DNA of 64,000 bases from a bacterium (GTDB lineage: Bacteria; Myxococcota; UBA727; JAUIJE01): assembly GCA_030431455.1 (NCBI GenBank), contig JAUIJE010000018.1, forward strand, positions 12,115 to 76,114, written 5' to 3'. The notes below the pieces were generated by a model that worked only from the letters and a program-made list of their open reading frames with translations, searched no databases and had not been told where the DNA came from. Both the position numbers and the translations under genes were made by a program. Every line of letters starts with the position of its first letter. Position 1 is the stretch's first letter. This document shows, piece after piece, positions 36,218-45,446 of this stretch.

Positions 36218-37035
36218 TCGGCGGGGTCCGCACCCTCCCGGCGGCGCTGGTTGTCGCCGGGATGTGCCTGTCCGTCGGGTGTGTCCACAACACGCTGGGG
36301 CAGCCGCCGACGCAGTTTGAGCTGCGCAACGACGGCACCCCTGAATCCAAAAACCACCTCTACAACCGCTACAAGGTCACCTACGCCGACGGCTACTTCA
36401 GCCGGCCATACTCATTGGAGTACTCGTCGGAGGCCACCTCCGACGCGGCGCTCAACTACCTCACCGACTCGGCGGAGGCCGAAGAAGAGCTCGCCACCTT
36501 GCCGGTGGCGCTCGACCGTTTCCACCAGTCGGCGTCGTTTTACGCCTCCATCGTGGGGGTGTTCATGGCCATGGGCACGGCGGTGGGCATGTACTCAAGC
36601 CTGTCCCAGGGGGCGTTCGCGGACATCATCGCCGGGGGCAACCAGAGCGTTCAGGGTGCACAATCATTGGCGCTGTTTATGGTGTCGGGGATGGCCGCGG
36701 GGTTGATCGCGTCGCTCCCCATCCTGCTCATCGCCGAAATCACGATCAAACCCATCGTGCGGTCGGTCGCGGGACCGAGCTACCGGGCCAGCGCCCGGGC
36801 CTACAACGAGGACCTGTCGCGGCGCATCGACGCCGCCGTCGACGACACCCTGCGGCGCCAGCGCGCCCATCCCCCGGTGTCCGCGCCCGCGGCGCCAGGG
36901 GGAAAAGTGCCTCTCGACCCCGCGCCCCCCGACCCCGCGCCCCCCGACCCCCCGCCGGGGCCCAGCAGCCAGCCCACCCCCGACGCCGAGGGCCCACCGG
37001 AACTGCCCCCCGCGGCGGGCGGCGATCCTGTTTGA
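36214..37035 (+). CDS. lipoprotein/membrane protein with Pro-rich C-terminus (273 aa)
   Basis: GTGA-coupled. Lipobox LSVGC. Two later hydrophobic helices. The tail is APPDPAPPDPPPGPSSQP. Confidence 0.6.
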   Translation: MIGGVRTLPAALVVAGMCLSVGCVHNTLGQPPTQFELRNDGTPESKNHLYNRYKVTYADGYFSRPYSLEYSSEATSDAALNYLTDSAEAEEELATLPVALDRFHQSASFYASIVGVFMAMGTAVGMYSSLSQGAFADIIAGGNQSVQGAQSLALFMVSGMAAGLIASLPILLIAEITIKPIVRSVAGPSYRASARAYNEDLSRRIDAAVDDTLRRQRAHPPVSAPAAPGGKVPLDPAPPDPAPPDPPPGPSSQPTPDAEGPPELPPAAGGDPV

Positions 37036-37050
37036 TTGGGTGAGGGCGGC

Positions 37051-37575
37051 TCAGCCTTGGCCGAGCCGCTGCGCCACCGCGTGGAGCCGGGACGCGCTGA
37101 ACAAGTAGAAGATGCGATCGCCGAAGCCCAGGGCGTCGCCGTCGGCCACCGGAGACTCGCCGCCGGTGGGGACCGCGGCCCCGTTGACCTTGGTGCCGTT
37201 GCGGGACCCGGCGTCGGCGATGAACAGCCCCTCCGGCCGGATGAACACCCGCGCGTGGAGTTTGCTCACGTTGGGGTCACGAATCTGGACGTCGTTGGAC
37301 GAGGCGCGGCCGACGAGCACGGTATCCATAAAAGCGCCCTTTTTGGCTTTTCGGAGCGCCCAGCATTGGTCGTGGCCGTCGATCAGAATCGGGTCTTCGC
37401 CGGGCCGGGTCTGCAACGACTTCAAGCTCCCGGTGCGGAACGACCAGTCGTTCTCGTCGAGGGCCGGGCTGCCGACGAGAAACCAGTCGCCGTGCCGCTC
37501 GGCAAACTGCGCCGCCGTGGTGGCCAGCGCCTCGGGGATGAGGCTGGCAAGCTGCAGCGGATCAGTCTCGACCAT
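37051..37575 (-). CDS. FHA-domain protein (174 aa)
   Basis: VLVGRASSNDVQIRDPNVSKLHARVFIRPEGLFIADAGSRNGTKVNG is a canonical FHA signature. ATG at 37575; the track ORF extends further upstream. Confidence 0.75.
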   Translation of the reverse strand: MVETDPLQLASLIPEALATTAAQFAERHGDWFLVGSPALDENDWSFRTGSLKSLQTRPGEDPILIDGHDQCWALRKAKKGAFMDTVLVGRASSNDVQIRDPNVSKLHARVFIRPEGLFIADAGSRNGTKVNGAAVPTGGESPVADGDALGFGDRIFYLFSASRLHAVAQRLGQG

Positions 37576-39277
37576 GGGGGTGCTGTCCCGGTTCGTCTGG
37601 GGTTTCGCTGAGAGCTTGCACCAACGAACGCAGCGAATCCACCTGCTGGCGTTGTGAGGCAAGTTCCTCCTCGGCCCGGCGGCGGTCGGTGAGGGCGGCG
37701 GCGAGCTTCTTGCGCGTGTGTTCCGCCTCGGCGCGGTGCAGCTCCGCGCGCCGCCAGGTGTCGGCCAGGGAGGGCAGGTCATCGTCGTCGCCCGCGTGGG
37801 AGGCGAGCACCTCCTCCAGCCGCGCGGCCGTGACCCGGTGGGCGGCGGCCTCCTCGTCCAGGGCGCGCTGCGCTTGTTCGGCTTGGTGGCCATCGGTGGC
37901 GAGGGCCGCGAGCCGCGTCTCGAGGGCGGCGACCGCCGCGCGCAACCCGTCCCGGTCGCGCGTGATGTCGTCGAGGGCGAGCTTCAGCGCGTCGCGGTCG
38001 CGGCGGGCCAGCTCGAGCTGGTGCATGGTCTCGGCGTGGTGTTTGCGCTCGGTACGCAGGGCTTCGTCGTCGGGGCTGGGCGGGGGGCGGGACAAGAGCG
38101 CAGCGAGTTCGTCCTCGAGCTCGCCGATGCGGCGCTCGGCTTCGTCGCGCTCGAGCAGCGCGTTTTCGAGTTCGGACACGAGGTCGTGTTTGACCTGGGC
38201 GTTGGCCGGCCGGTCCCACAGGCCGGGGATGTCGTCGGCGTCCACGCCCGCCTCGGCCTTGAGCACCGCGCGCATCTTCTCGACCTGGATCAAGCTGGCG
38301 CGGTACCGCTTGTACAGGTCGTCGAGCTCGTTGAGTTTTTCGGCGTCCGCCTCGCGCTGGGCCAGGGCCTCCTCGGGGTCGACCACGCCGATCTCCAGCG
38401 TCGAGCCGAACGACGCGTCGAGGTCCTCGCTGACAAGCGCGTAGGGGGCCCGTTCGTGCTCTACGTCGGCCACCCGGATGAGGCGGGTCTCGAGCTCGCG
38501 CCGCTGGGTGCGCGCGTTTTTGAGTTTGCGCTGGAGCTCTTCGCAGGCCTTTTCGGTCAACCGCAGCTGGGCATCGCGGTCGCGCAGCTGGCGCCGCAGG
38601 TGTTGGTTCTTTTTCTTGAGCGCTTCTTTGCCCTCGAGCAGGCGGTCGCGTTCGGTGATCGCGTCCAGGGCTTGTTGGCGAAACACCGCCGTGCCTTGGT
38701 CGGTCTGGGCCCGCAGGGCTTTGACCTTCTGCTCGGACGCGGCCAAGGCGGTGCCGAGCGCGATGATGCGTTGCGCGTCGCTGGAGTCCCGCACCCCGTG
38801 CGCGGACTCGACGTCGAAGCTCCGCGCGCGCATCTCCTCGAGGGCGTCGGCCAGGCCCCGCGGCTCGAGCACCATGTCGATGGCCGCGACCAGATCCTCG
38901 CTCCGGGCGGGCAGGGGGAGCACGTCCCGGGCCCCGGCGTTGAACGCGCGGCGGTAGGCCTCGTCGAGCTCCGCCGGCACCAGCGCGATCACCGGCGCGC
39001 CGGCCGACGTACGCCGGGCGAACAGCAAGATCGCCTCGGGGGGGCGGCCGGTCGCGGAGAAGTCCAGCACCAACGCGTCCACCGTGGCCCCGGCCGAGAA
39101 CAGCTCGCTGGCCTCGTCCCCGTCTTGGGCGCACAGCAGGGTGTACCCGGTGCGCTCGACAAGCTCCCGGTGGAGCAGGGCTTGCCCGCCGACCAAGGCC
39201 ACGGTGTACCCCGCGCGCTCCCACAGGTCGCTGTCGGGCGGGCCGTCGTCGAACCGGTCGTCGGCGGAGGCGCTCAT
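37562..39277 (-). CDS. degenerate receiver domain plus coiled-coil protein (571 aa)
   Basis: The receiver-like N-domain lacks the acidic pair (ALVGGQ), the conserved T/S (IALVPAE) and the K (DVLPLP). A long heptad-rich region follows. The stop overlaps the FHA gene start by 14 nt. Confidence 0.7.
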   Translation of the reverse strand: MSASADDRFDDGPPDSDLWERAGYTVALVGGQALLHRELVERTGYTLLCAQDGDEASELFSAGATVDALVLDFSATGRPPEAILLFARRTSAGAPVIALVPAELDEAYRRAFNAGARDVLPLPARSEDLVAAIDMVLEPRGLADALEEMRARSFDVESAHGVRDSSDAQRIIALGTALAASEQKVKALRAQTDQGTAVFRQQALDAITERDRLLEGKEALKKKNQHLRRQLRDRDAQLRLTEKACEELQRKLKNARTQRRELETRLIRVADVEHERAPYALVSEDLDASFGSTLEIGVVDPEEALAQREADAEKLNELDDLYKRYRASLIQVEKMRAVLKAEAGVDADDIPGLWDRPANAQVKHDLVSELENALLERDEAERRIGELEDELAALLSRPPPSPDDEALRTERKHHAETMHQLELARRDRDALKLALDDITRDRDGLRAAVAALETRLAALATDGHQAEQAQRALDEEAAAHRVTAARLEEVLASHAGDDDDLPSLADTWRRAELHRAEAEHTRKKLAAALTDRRRAEEELASQRQQVDSLRSLVQALSETPDEPGQHPHGRD

Positions 39278-39348
39278 CGGCCCCCACCATAGCCAAACCG
39301 GCGGCCCAGCGGTTGCACAACCTCCGGTGGCTGGTTCAGACTGAGGGC

Positions 39349-40005
39349 ATGCGCGTACACATCGTGAGTTGGCTCCTGCTGTGCGGGGCACCGGCCTTGG
39401 CCCAGGATGCGGGGCTGGACGCCGGCCTGGATGCGGGGTTGGACGCCGGCCTCGACGCCGGCATCGACGCGGGCTTGGACGCCGGCATCGACGCGGGGCT
39501 GCCCGATGTCGACCCGGGCCTGCCCGACGCGGCCATCAACCTGCCCGACGCCGCCCTCGATCTGCCCGACGCGGCCCTCGATCCCCCCGACGCGGCCCTC
39601 GATCTGCCCGACGCGGCGGTCGATCTGCCCGACGCCGCGATCAACCTGCCCGATGCCGCCGTCGACCTGCCCGACGCCGCGATCAACTTCCCCGACGCCG
39701 GCGATGGCCTGGTCGACGGGGGCGATGGACCGCCGCCCCCGCCGCCCCCGCCGCCGCCCGATCCCTGCACCCCTGGGTGCATCGACGGCACCACCGCCTC
39801 GCTGTGCAGCGAGAGCGGCCAGACCATCGCCCTGGTCTGTGACCTCGACCAGGTCTGCCAAGACGGCGACTGTGTGGCCGGGCTCGCCGGTGGGCCCGGC
39901 GGGTGCCTGTGCGCGGGCTCTTCCGCCGATGTCGCCAGCGCGGGCGGGCTGCTCGCGATGTTGTTCTGGCTGCGCCGTCGCCGACGTGGGAGAAGGCGGG
40001 GGTGA
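39349..40005 (+). CDS. secreted repeat protein with MYXO-CTERM-like sorting tail
   Basis: Signal peptide VSWLLLCGAPALAQ, 8 x DAGx, 10 x 7-aa PDAAxxL-type repeats, a P10 run, a Cys-rich module, then GGCLCAGSS...GGLLAMLFWLRRRRRG. Confidence 0.7.
   Translation: MRVHIVSWLLLCGAPALAQDAGLDAGLDAGLDAGLDAGIDAGLDAGIDAGLPDVDPGLPDAAINLPDAALDLPDAALDPPDAALDLPDAAVDLPDAAINLPDAAVDLPDAAINFPDAGDGLVDGGDGPPPPPPPPPPDPCTPGCIDGTTASLCSESGQTIALVCDLDQVCQDGDCVAGLAGGPGGCLCAGSSADVASAGGLLAMLFWLRRRRRGRRRG
39406..39711 (+). repeat. coding tandem repeats: 12-bp x8 (DAGL/I) then 21-bp x10 (PDAA[ILV][ND][LPF]-type)
   Basis: Read directly from the DNA and its translation. Confidence 0.85.
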
Positions 40006-41168
40006 CCGACCGCCGCATCCTCCTGCTCGATGACGAGCCCGCGGTGCTCGGGGTGTTGTCGGACTACCTCGCCGCCCCGGGCATCGAAATCTTCACCTGC
40101 CAAGAGATCGAGGCGGCGGAAGCCATCCTCGGCGCCCAGCGCTTCGACGTGGTGGTCACCGACCTGCGCGTGTCGGAGCTCGGTGGCCTCGAGGGCATGC
40201 GCCTCATCCGGTACGTGGCCACGCACTTCCCCGAGACCACGGTCCTGGCCATGAGCGGCTACGTCAACGACGACGTGCACGCCCTCGGCCGCGCGGTGGG
40301 GGCGACGGCGATCCTTGAAAAGCCGATCGATCTGCGCCGCCTCCGCCGCTACATCCACGGCGACGAAGGCCCCAGCACCGAGGGCGAGGACGGCGCGGTC
40401 TGGCAGATCGAGCTGCTCGACGACTTCCTCGAAAAGCGCGTGATCCGGGCGTTGCTCCAGCCCATCGTGAACATGACCACCGAAGGCCCGCCCTTCGTCG
40501 CGCACGGTTACGAGTCGTTGGCCCGGGCCCCCGCGGGGACACCCTTGCGCAACCCCGAGATCTTGTTCGCCTACGCGTCGCTCAAGGAGCGGCTGTTCGA
40601 GACCGATCTGCTGTGCATCGAGGCCGCGCTCAAGGAGGGCGCCACGCTCACCCCGGGGAGCAAGCTATTCATTAATACCCAGCCCCGCTCGATGACCAAC
40701 CGGATGTTCGTCACCCGGGTGGAAGAACTCATCGACGCGTCGGGCCTGGGCCGCGATCGCATCGTGTTCGAGCTCACCGAGCAACAGACCATCGTCAATC
40801 CCCAGGCCTTCGCCAAGACGCTGAGCAAGCTCCGCGAGGTCGGTTTCGGCATCGCGCTCGACGATTACGGGGTCGGGTTCGCCAACCTGCAGTTGGTCCA
40901 AGACCTGCGGCCGGACTACATCAAGATCTCCGGCTATTTTTGCAATAACATTGAGAACGACGAGTTCAAGCAGACCGTGCTCCGGAGCACCGCGGAGATG
41001 GCCGGGCGGCTGGGCATCCCCACCATCCTGGAGAACGTCGAGACCAAGTCCGAGCTCGAGGTCGTGGCCTCGCTGGGCGTGACCTACGGGCAGGGCTACT
41101 ACTACGCGCGGCCGGCGCCCTGGGATGAGCTGTGCGCGACAGATCGGTTCGTGGGGCCGCCGACCTGA
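40002..41168 (+). CDS. response regulator (canonical REC) with EAL phosphodiesterase domain
   Basis: REC motifs: LLLDDE, VVVTDL, LAMSG, LEKP. EAL motifs: YESLAR, FINT, ELTE, DDYGVG, ENVE, GQGYYY. GTG start in a GTGA overlap with the upstream stop. Confidence 0.85.
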   Translation: MTDRRILLLDDEPAVLGVLSDYLAAPGIEIFTCQEIEAAEAILGAQRFDVVVTDLRVSELGGLEGMRLIRYVATHFPETTVLAMSGYVNDDVHALGRAVGATAILEKPIDLRRLRRYIHGDEGPSTEGEDGAVWQIELLDDFLEKRVIRALLQPIVNMTTEGPPFVAHGYESLARAPAGTPLRNPEILFAYASLKERLFETDLLCIEAALKEGATLTPGSKLFINTQPRSMTNRMFVTRVEELIDASGLGRDRIVFELTEQQTIVNPQAFAKTLSKLREVGFGIALDDYGVGFANLQLVQDLRPDYIKISGYFCNNIENDEFKQTVLRSTAEMAGRLGIPTILENVETKSELEVVASLGVTYGQGYYYARPAPWDELCATDRFVGPPT

Positions 41169-41404
41169 GACCGGCATGGCGTCGCGCGTCCCCGTCGTGG
41201 GGGCGCCCGGTGGTGCCCGACGACAGGCGATCGCAGGTATACAAAAAACGCGCCGGTTCGCTCGTTTTTGATTGATTTCCATCTGGGGATGACTAACCTC
41301 CGCCACGTGAGAGTTGGCCCGGATCGGGCAAGCCCCCCCAGCGGACCGCCAGGCCTGGCACCTTCTGGAGAAGGGGGCCAGGCCCAGTGTTGGGGGAGCG
41401 AAAA

Positions 41405-41923
41405 ATGCGTTTGTACCGTCGAATCATCCCGAAAATCGCCCGCGAAATCGTGCGTTCGTTGCACTCGAAGCAACAGATCGAGGTCGAAGACGGCCGCATG
41501 GACGAGGCCGAGCTCGACTTGGCCGCGGTCATGGTCGAGTACATGAACGAAGAAGAGCGCATCGTGAACGAGGCGAAGGACACCATCGCCCGGCGCGGGT
41601 TCTCGCAGGACCGGTTCGCGCAGGTGAAGAAAAGCCTGGCCGAAGCGCGCGGCTTCAAGATCGGCGACGACGGTCTCGAGCACGTGCTCGCCCAGATGCT
41701 CGAGGCGCTGTTCGTCTCGCGCAACATCGCCGAGGTGTACGCCGACGACGCCGAGCTGCGGAAGTTCATGCGCGAAGTGGTGGACAAGTACACCTCGGTC
41801 AACGACGAGCTCGACCGGGAGGCGCGCAACCGCCTGAAGAACTTGCGCGAGGGCACCCCCGAGTGGGAGATCGAGTACCCGCGCATGATCGCGCACCTCA
41901 AGCGGCAAAAAGGGCTGATCTGA
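41405..41923 (+). CDS. DUF507-family protein
   Basis: MRLYRRIIPKIAREIVRSLHSKQQIEVEDGRMDEAELDLAAVMVEYM matches the DUF507 N-terminal pattern as I recall it. Confidence 0.6.
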   Translation: MRLYRRIIPKIAREIVRSLHSKQQIEVEDGRMDEAELDLAAVMVEYMNEEERIVNEAKDTIARRGFSQDRFAQVKKSLAEARGFKIGDDGLEHVLAQMLEALFVSRNIAEVYADDAELRKFMREVVDKYTSVNDELDREARNRLKNLREGTPEWEIEYPRMIAHLKRQKGLI

Positions 41924-41962
41924 GCGGTCCCGCTGGCGGTCCCCGCGGGCCGCAGACAAAAC

Positions 41963-41990
41963 AAAAACCCCGCTTCGGCGGGGTTTTATT
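41963..41990. terminator. bidirectional intrinsic terminator
   Basis: AAAAA-CCCCGC-TTCG-GCGGGG-TTTT, between convergent genes. Confidence 0.65.
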
Positions 41991-42040
41991 GTTTGGCCCG
42001 TCACCGACCCCAGGGGGGTACGGCCGGTGCACGGGCCGCC

Positions 42041-44005
42041 TCAGCGGTCGTCGGCGTTGACGAACTCGAGCACGGTCTCGGTCTCGTTCAGCTCGATCAG
42101 CCGGCCGGTCGCCCCCGACACCCCGATGAACACCCGCCGGACCGGGCGCGGGGGGTCGTTGTCGTTGACCCCGGGCAGGAACACCTCGGCCCCGGCGGCG
42201 GCGGTGAGCACCAGCCCTTCGCGATCGAAACCGTCGAGGTTGGTGAGGGTTTGTTCTTGCGCGAAGAACACGTCGATGGGCTGCACGTTGGACGCGAGCT
42301 CGGCCACGACCTGGCTGCCGAGGTCGGGGGGGCCGCCGGCGGCCCGTTGGAGGGAGAAGTCCATGTGGGGCTGGACCAACACCCGCGGTTCGCGGTCGTC
42401 GTCGTCAAAGTGGAGCCGGCCGAGGTAACCCGCCTCGCTCGAGGTGACGGTGAAGGCGTCGTCGACGAACACGCTGGCGGTGAAGGGGCCGTACAGCTGG
42501 AGGCAGGCTTGCTCGTCGGGGGTGAGCCCCACCAATGTCACGTCATCGCCGACCACGTCCGCGATCGGCTTTTGCAAAAACCCGTCTGCGGGGCAGCGGT
42601 CGTCGTCGCTGGCGACGGGAATGAACAACAGGTCGCCGGGCAGCACGTCACGCTGCTCGAAGGGGCGGCCGTCGTTGTCGATGACGATGGCGCCCATCGA
42701 ATAGGACGCGGTGCGGCCGCGGGTCCGCGGCGGGCTGCCGCCGTAGGTGAACGTCAGGGTCAGGCCGGGCTCGACAAAATCGAACCGCGGCGGTTCGCCC
42801 AGAGTGTCGCGCTCGCGCTGGATGAGCGTGGGCGCCCGCGCGGTGTCGTCGCTGCTGGTGAGGAAGGCCGGGTTGGCGCCGCCGTCGCGCTGGGCGTAAC
42901 CAGGGCCGGGGGGAAAGGTGTCGATGAGCCGGAACACCCCGCGGCGCCCGTCGGGGCGTTCGCCGTCGAAGCGCAGGTATTGCCCGTGGCCGTTTTCGGA
43001 CAAGACCAGGGCCCAGGCCTTGGTCGCCTCTTCGTCGGGGAAGCCGACGGAGGGCGGGCAGCACACCGTGGGGTCGGTCTCGGCGGTGTCGGCGGCGTCG
43101 GGGATGTAGACCGCGGCCCCGTACTCAAACAGCTGGGCCGAGCCGAGCACGGCGTACGCGTCCTCGCGGTAGGTCGGGCGCAGCAGGCGCAACGCCACCG
43201 CCCGCGGCTCGTCGCGGCGCAGGACGATGGCGACCGGGCCCAGCCCGTCGCCCGGGTCGACCAGGCCGGTCGCGACCTCGACGGTGGGGCCGCCCACGTC
43301 GAGGGAGCGGTCGTAGGTGCTGTCCTGGGCCCGAATCACGTGCACGGTGTCGAGCAAGGCATCGGTGACCACCACCGCGTCGCCGGTGGGATCGACCGCG
43401 AGGCGCGCGGGGTGCGCGCCGGTGGGCAGCTCGACGACCGCGTCCGCGAGCAGGGCGCCGTCGCGCGGGTCGAGGTCGAACACTTCGACGTGGCCCGGGT
43501 CGGGCACGGCCACGAACACCCGCAGGGTCTCGTCCACCAGCACCGCGGTGACGTCGGACGGGGCGCGGCCGGTGCGCACCCCCGCGCCCACGTAGGTAAA
43601 CGCGTCGCCCCGGCTGTCGCCGGTGGTGCGCAACAGGTGGACGGTGTCGTCGTGGCTGTCGAGGGTGACGACCCGGGTCTGGTCCCCGGGGGCGACCGCC
43701 AGCTGGGTGGTCATGGGGCCGGTCTGGACCGCGAGCGGAAAAAACCCGTTGGGGCTTTTGACGAAGGTGCGGTTGTACGCATCGTAGATGCGCAGCTGCC
43801 GGATCTCGGGGTTGGCGGTGACGACGTAGACCGGCGGGGGCACGCCGATGTCCACCGGGCGCACCACCACGACGTCCCCGACGCGATCGATGTCGCCGCG
43901 GAAGGAGTCGTTTTGGTTTTGTTGGCAGAAGGGGACCTGGCCCATGCCCCCGAACAGCAGGGGACAGAGCGCGAAGAACAAGCGGGTGCGCGTGCGGCGG
44001 GTCAT
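42041..44005 (-). CDS. exported protein, beta-propeller-like (654 aa)
   Basis: Signal-like N-terminus RLFFALCPLLFGGMG. Repetitive beta-strand-rich sequence with recurring D-x-V-x-V/L-D motifs. ATGA-coupled to the upstream gene. Confidence 0.6.
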   Translation of the reverse strand: MTRRTRTRLFFALCPLLFGGMGQVPFCQQNQNDSFRGDIDRVGDVVVVRPVDIGVPPPVYVVTANPEIRQLRIYDAYNRTFVKSPNGFFPLAVQTGPMTTQLAVAPGDQTRVVTLDSHDDTVHLLRTTGDSRGDAFTYVGAGVRTGRAPSDVTAVLVDETLRVFVAVPDPGHVEVFDLDPRDGALLADAVVELPTGAHPARLAVDPTGDAVVVTDALLDTVHVIRAQDSTYDRSLDVGGPTVEVATGLVDPGDGLGPVAIVLRRDEPRAVALRLLRPTYREDAYAVLGSAQLFEYGAAVYIPDAADTAETDPTVCCPPSVGFPDEEATKAWALVLSENGHGQYLRFDGERPDGRRGVFRLIDTFPPGPGYAQRDGGANPAFLTSSDDTARAPTLIQRERDTLGEPPRFDFVEPGLTLTFTYGGSPPRTRGRTASYSMGAIVIDNDGRPFEQRDVLPGDLLFIPVASDDDRCPADGFLQKPIADVVGDDVTLVGLTPDEQACLQLYGPFTASVFVDDAFTVTSSEAGYLGRLHFDDDDREPRVLVQPHMDFSLQRAAGGPPDLGSQVVAELASNVQPIDVFFAQEQTLTNLDGFDREGLVLTAAAGAEVFLPGVNDNDPPRPVRRVFIGVSGATGRLIELNETETVLEFVNADDR

Positions 44006-45339
44006 CGTCCGTCCTCCGGGGGGGGCGCGGGCAACCCGATGCGGCCCTTGGGGGCCAAGCGGACCTCACCCTCGTCGTCGACGAGATCGAGCACGCTCAC
44101 GGAGTTGTCGAGGAAGTTGCTCACGTAGACGACCGGGGTGGGGCCGGCGTCGTCGACCACAATGTCGTAGGGCCCGCGGCCGAAGTCGGCGACTTGGTCG
44201 GTGACCGACAATGTATAGGGATCGAGGGCCATCACGGTGTCGGAGGAAAAACAGGTGACCAGGAGGCGGTCGACGACCTCGCCCCGGGCGTTGGTCTGCC
44301 GGATGGTCCGCGCCGCGATGGGCTCGCGGCAGCTCGGGCCCACCCCCCCGAGGGAGATGTCGAGGTCGTTGCCGTCGCGCACAAGATCGAGGCGCACCAC
44401 CGCGTCGGGGGCCCGGGTGAGCACAAACAGCGCGTCCCCGTCGGGGCTGGCGGCCAAGGCCCGGGCGGACTCGGCCCCGGTCTCCGCGTACAGGTCGAAG
44501 CGGCGGATGACGGTGTCGTCGCCGGCCGCGGGGTCGAACCAGTAGATGAGCGCGGCGGTGCGGGTCGAGCTCAGGCGGATGCGGTCGGCGCTGGCCAGCA
44601 CCAGGGGGCGGTCGCCGGGCAGGCCCACCGCGGCGCGGGTCCCGATGATGTCGTCGCCCACGGTCTTGCGGAACAGCCGAATGCGGTCGTCGCCGGTGCG
44701 CTCCGGTCGCAGGAAAAAGAACACCAAGTCGGGTGAGCGCAACAGCGCGGCCACGCCGGAGATGAGCGTCGGGGTCTGCTCGTACAGCACCAGGTCGAAG
44801 GGGTCGTTGCCGGGCAGGGCGGCCGCGTACGGCGTCTGGCCACAAAGCGGGGCGGCTTGCCCGGGCTCGGCGTCGACCCCGCAGGACAGGTCGAGCGATC
44901 CGCCGGCGGCGTCGATGAGCACCTCGGCGAGGAGGTTGTCCTCGCGGATGGCGGTGAGCATGTGGCCGCCGTCGTCGGTGATCACCGGGCGGTTGCCAAA
45001 GGAGGGGAACAGCACCGCGCTGTCGTAGGCGTCGTCGACGACCGCGATGTCCGGGTCGGGGGCGTCGGCCAACATCGCGGCCACTTTGTCGAGGTCGGCG
45101 ACGAGCAGCGCGCCGGTGTTGTAGCGCAGGTCGTAGTTGCTCGAGACCACCACCAGGGCGCGCTCGGTGGTGTGCAGGGCCATGCCGGTGGGGAACGAAG
45201 GCTGGTCGAGGGGGACGTCGGACCCGGTGTTGGCGGGATCGATGCCGCTCCCGGCACAGCCGACGAGGGCGAGGGTACAGACGAGGGGGGACAGCAGGCA
45301 GCGCACCAAACCGCTATACAGATTTTTGGCGGGATGCAA
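44002..45339 (-). CDS. lipoprotein, YncE/beta-propeller-like (445 aa)
   Basis: Lipobox LALVGC. GRGPYDIVVDDAGPTPVVYVSNFLDNSVSVLDL resembles YVTN/LVIVD-type propeller blades. Confidence 0.6.
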   Translation of the reverse strand: MHPAKNLYSGLVRCLLSPLVCTLALVGCAGSGIDPANTGSDVPLDQPSFPTGMALHTTERALVVVSSNYDLRYNTGALLVADLDKVAAMLADAPDPDIAVVDDAYDSAVLFPSFGNRPVITDDGGHMLTAIREDNLLAEVLIDAAGGSLDLSCGVDAEPGQAAPLCGQTPYAAALPGNDPFDLVLYEQTPTLISGVAALLRSPDLVFFFLRPERTGDDRIRLFRKTVGDDIIGTRAAVGLPGDRPLVLASADRIRLSSTRTAALIYWFDPAAGDDTVIRRFDLYAETGAESARALAASPDGDALFVLTRAPDAVVRLDLVRDGNDLDISLGGVGPSCREPIAARTIRQTNARGEVVDRLLVTCFSSDTVMALDPYTLSVTDQVADFGRGPYDIVVDDAGPTPVVYVSNFLDNSVSVLDLVDDEGEVRLAPKGRIGLPAPPPEDGR

Positions 45340-45446
45340 AACGCTCCCGTCGCGATTGTCGGGGAGCCTTTGTTGCTTTTGCCCGAGGGCTGGTAACGTC
45401 CCGGGCCACGATCGCCCGCGACGTGCAGGGAGGAGGACCGACCGCC

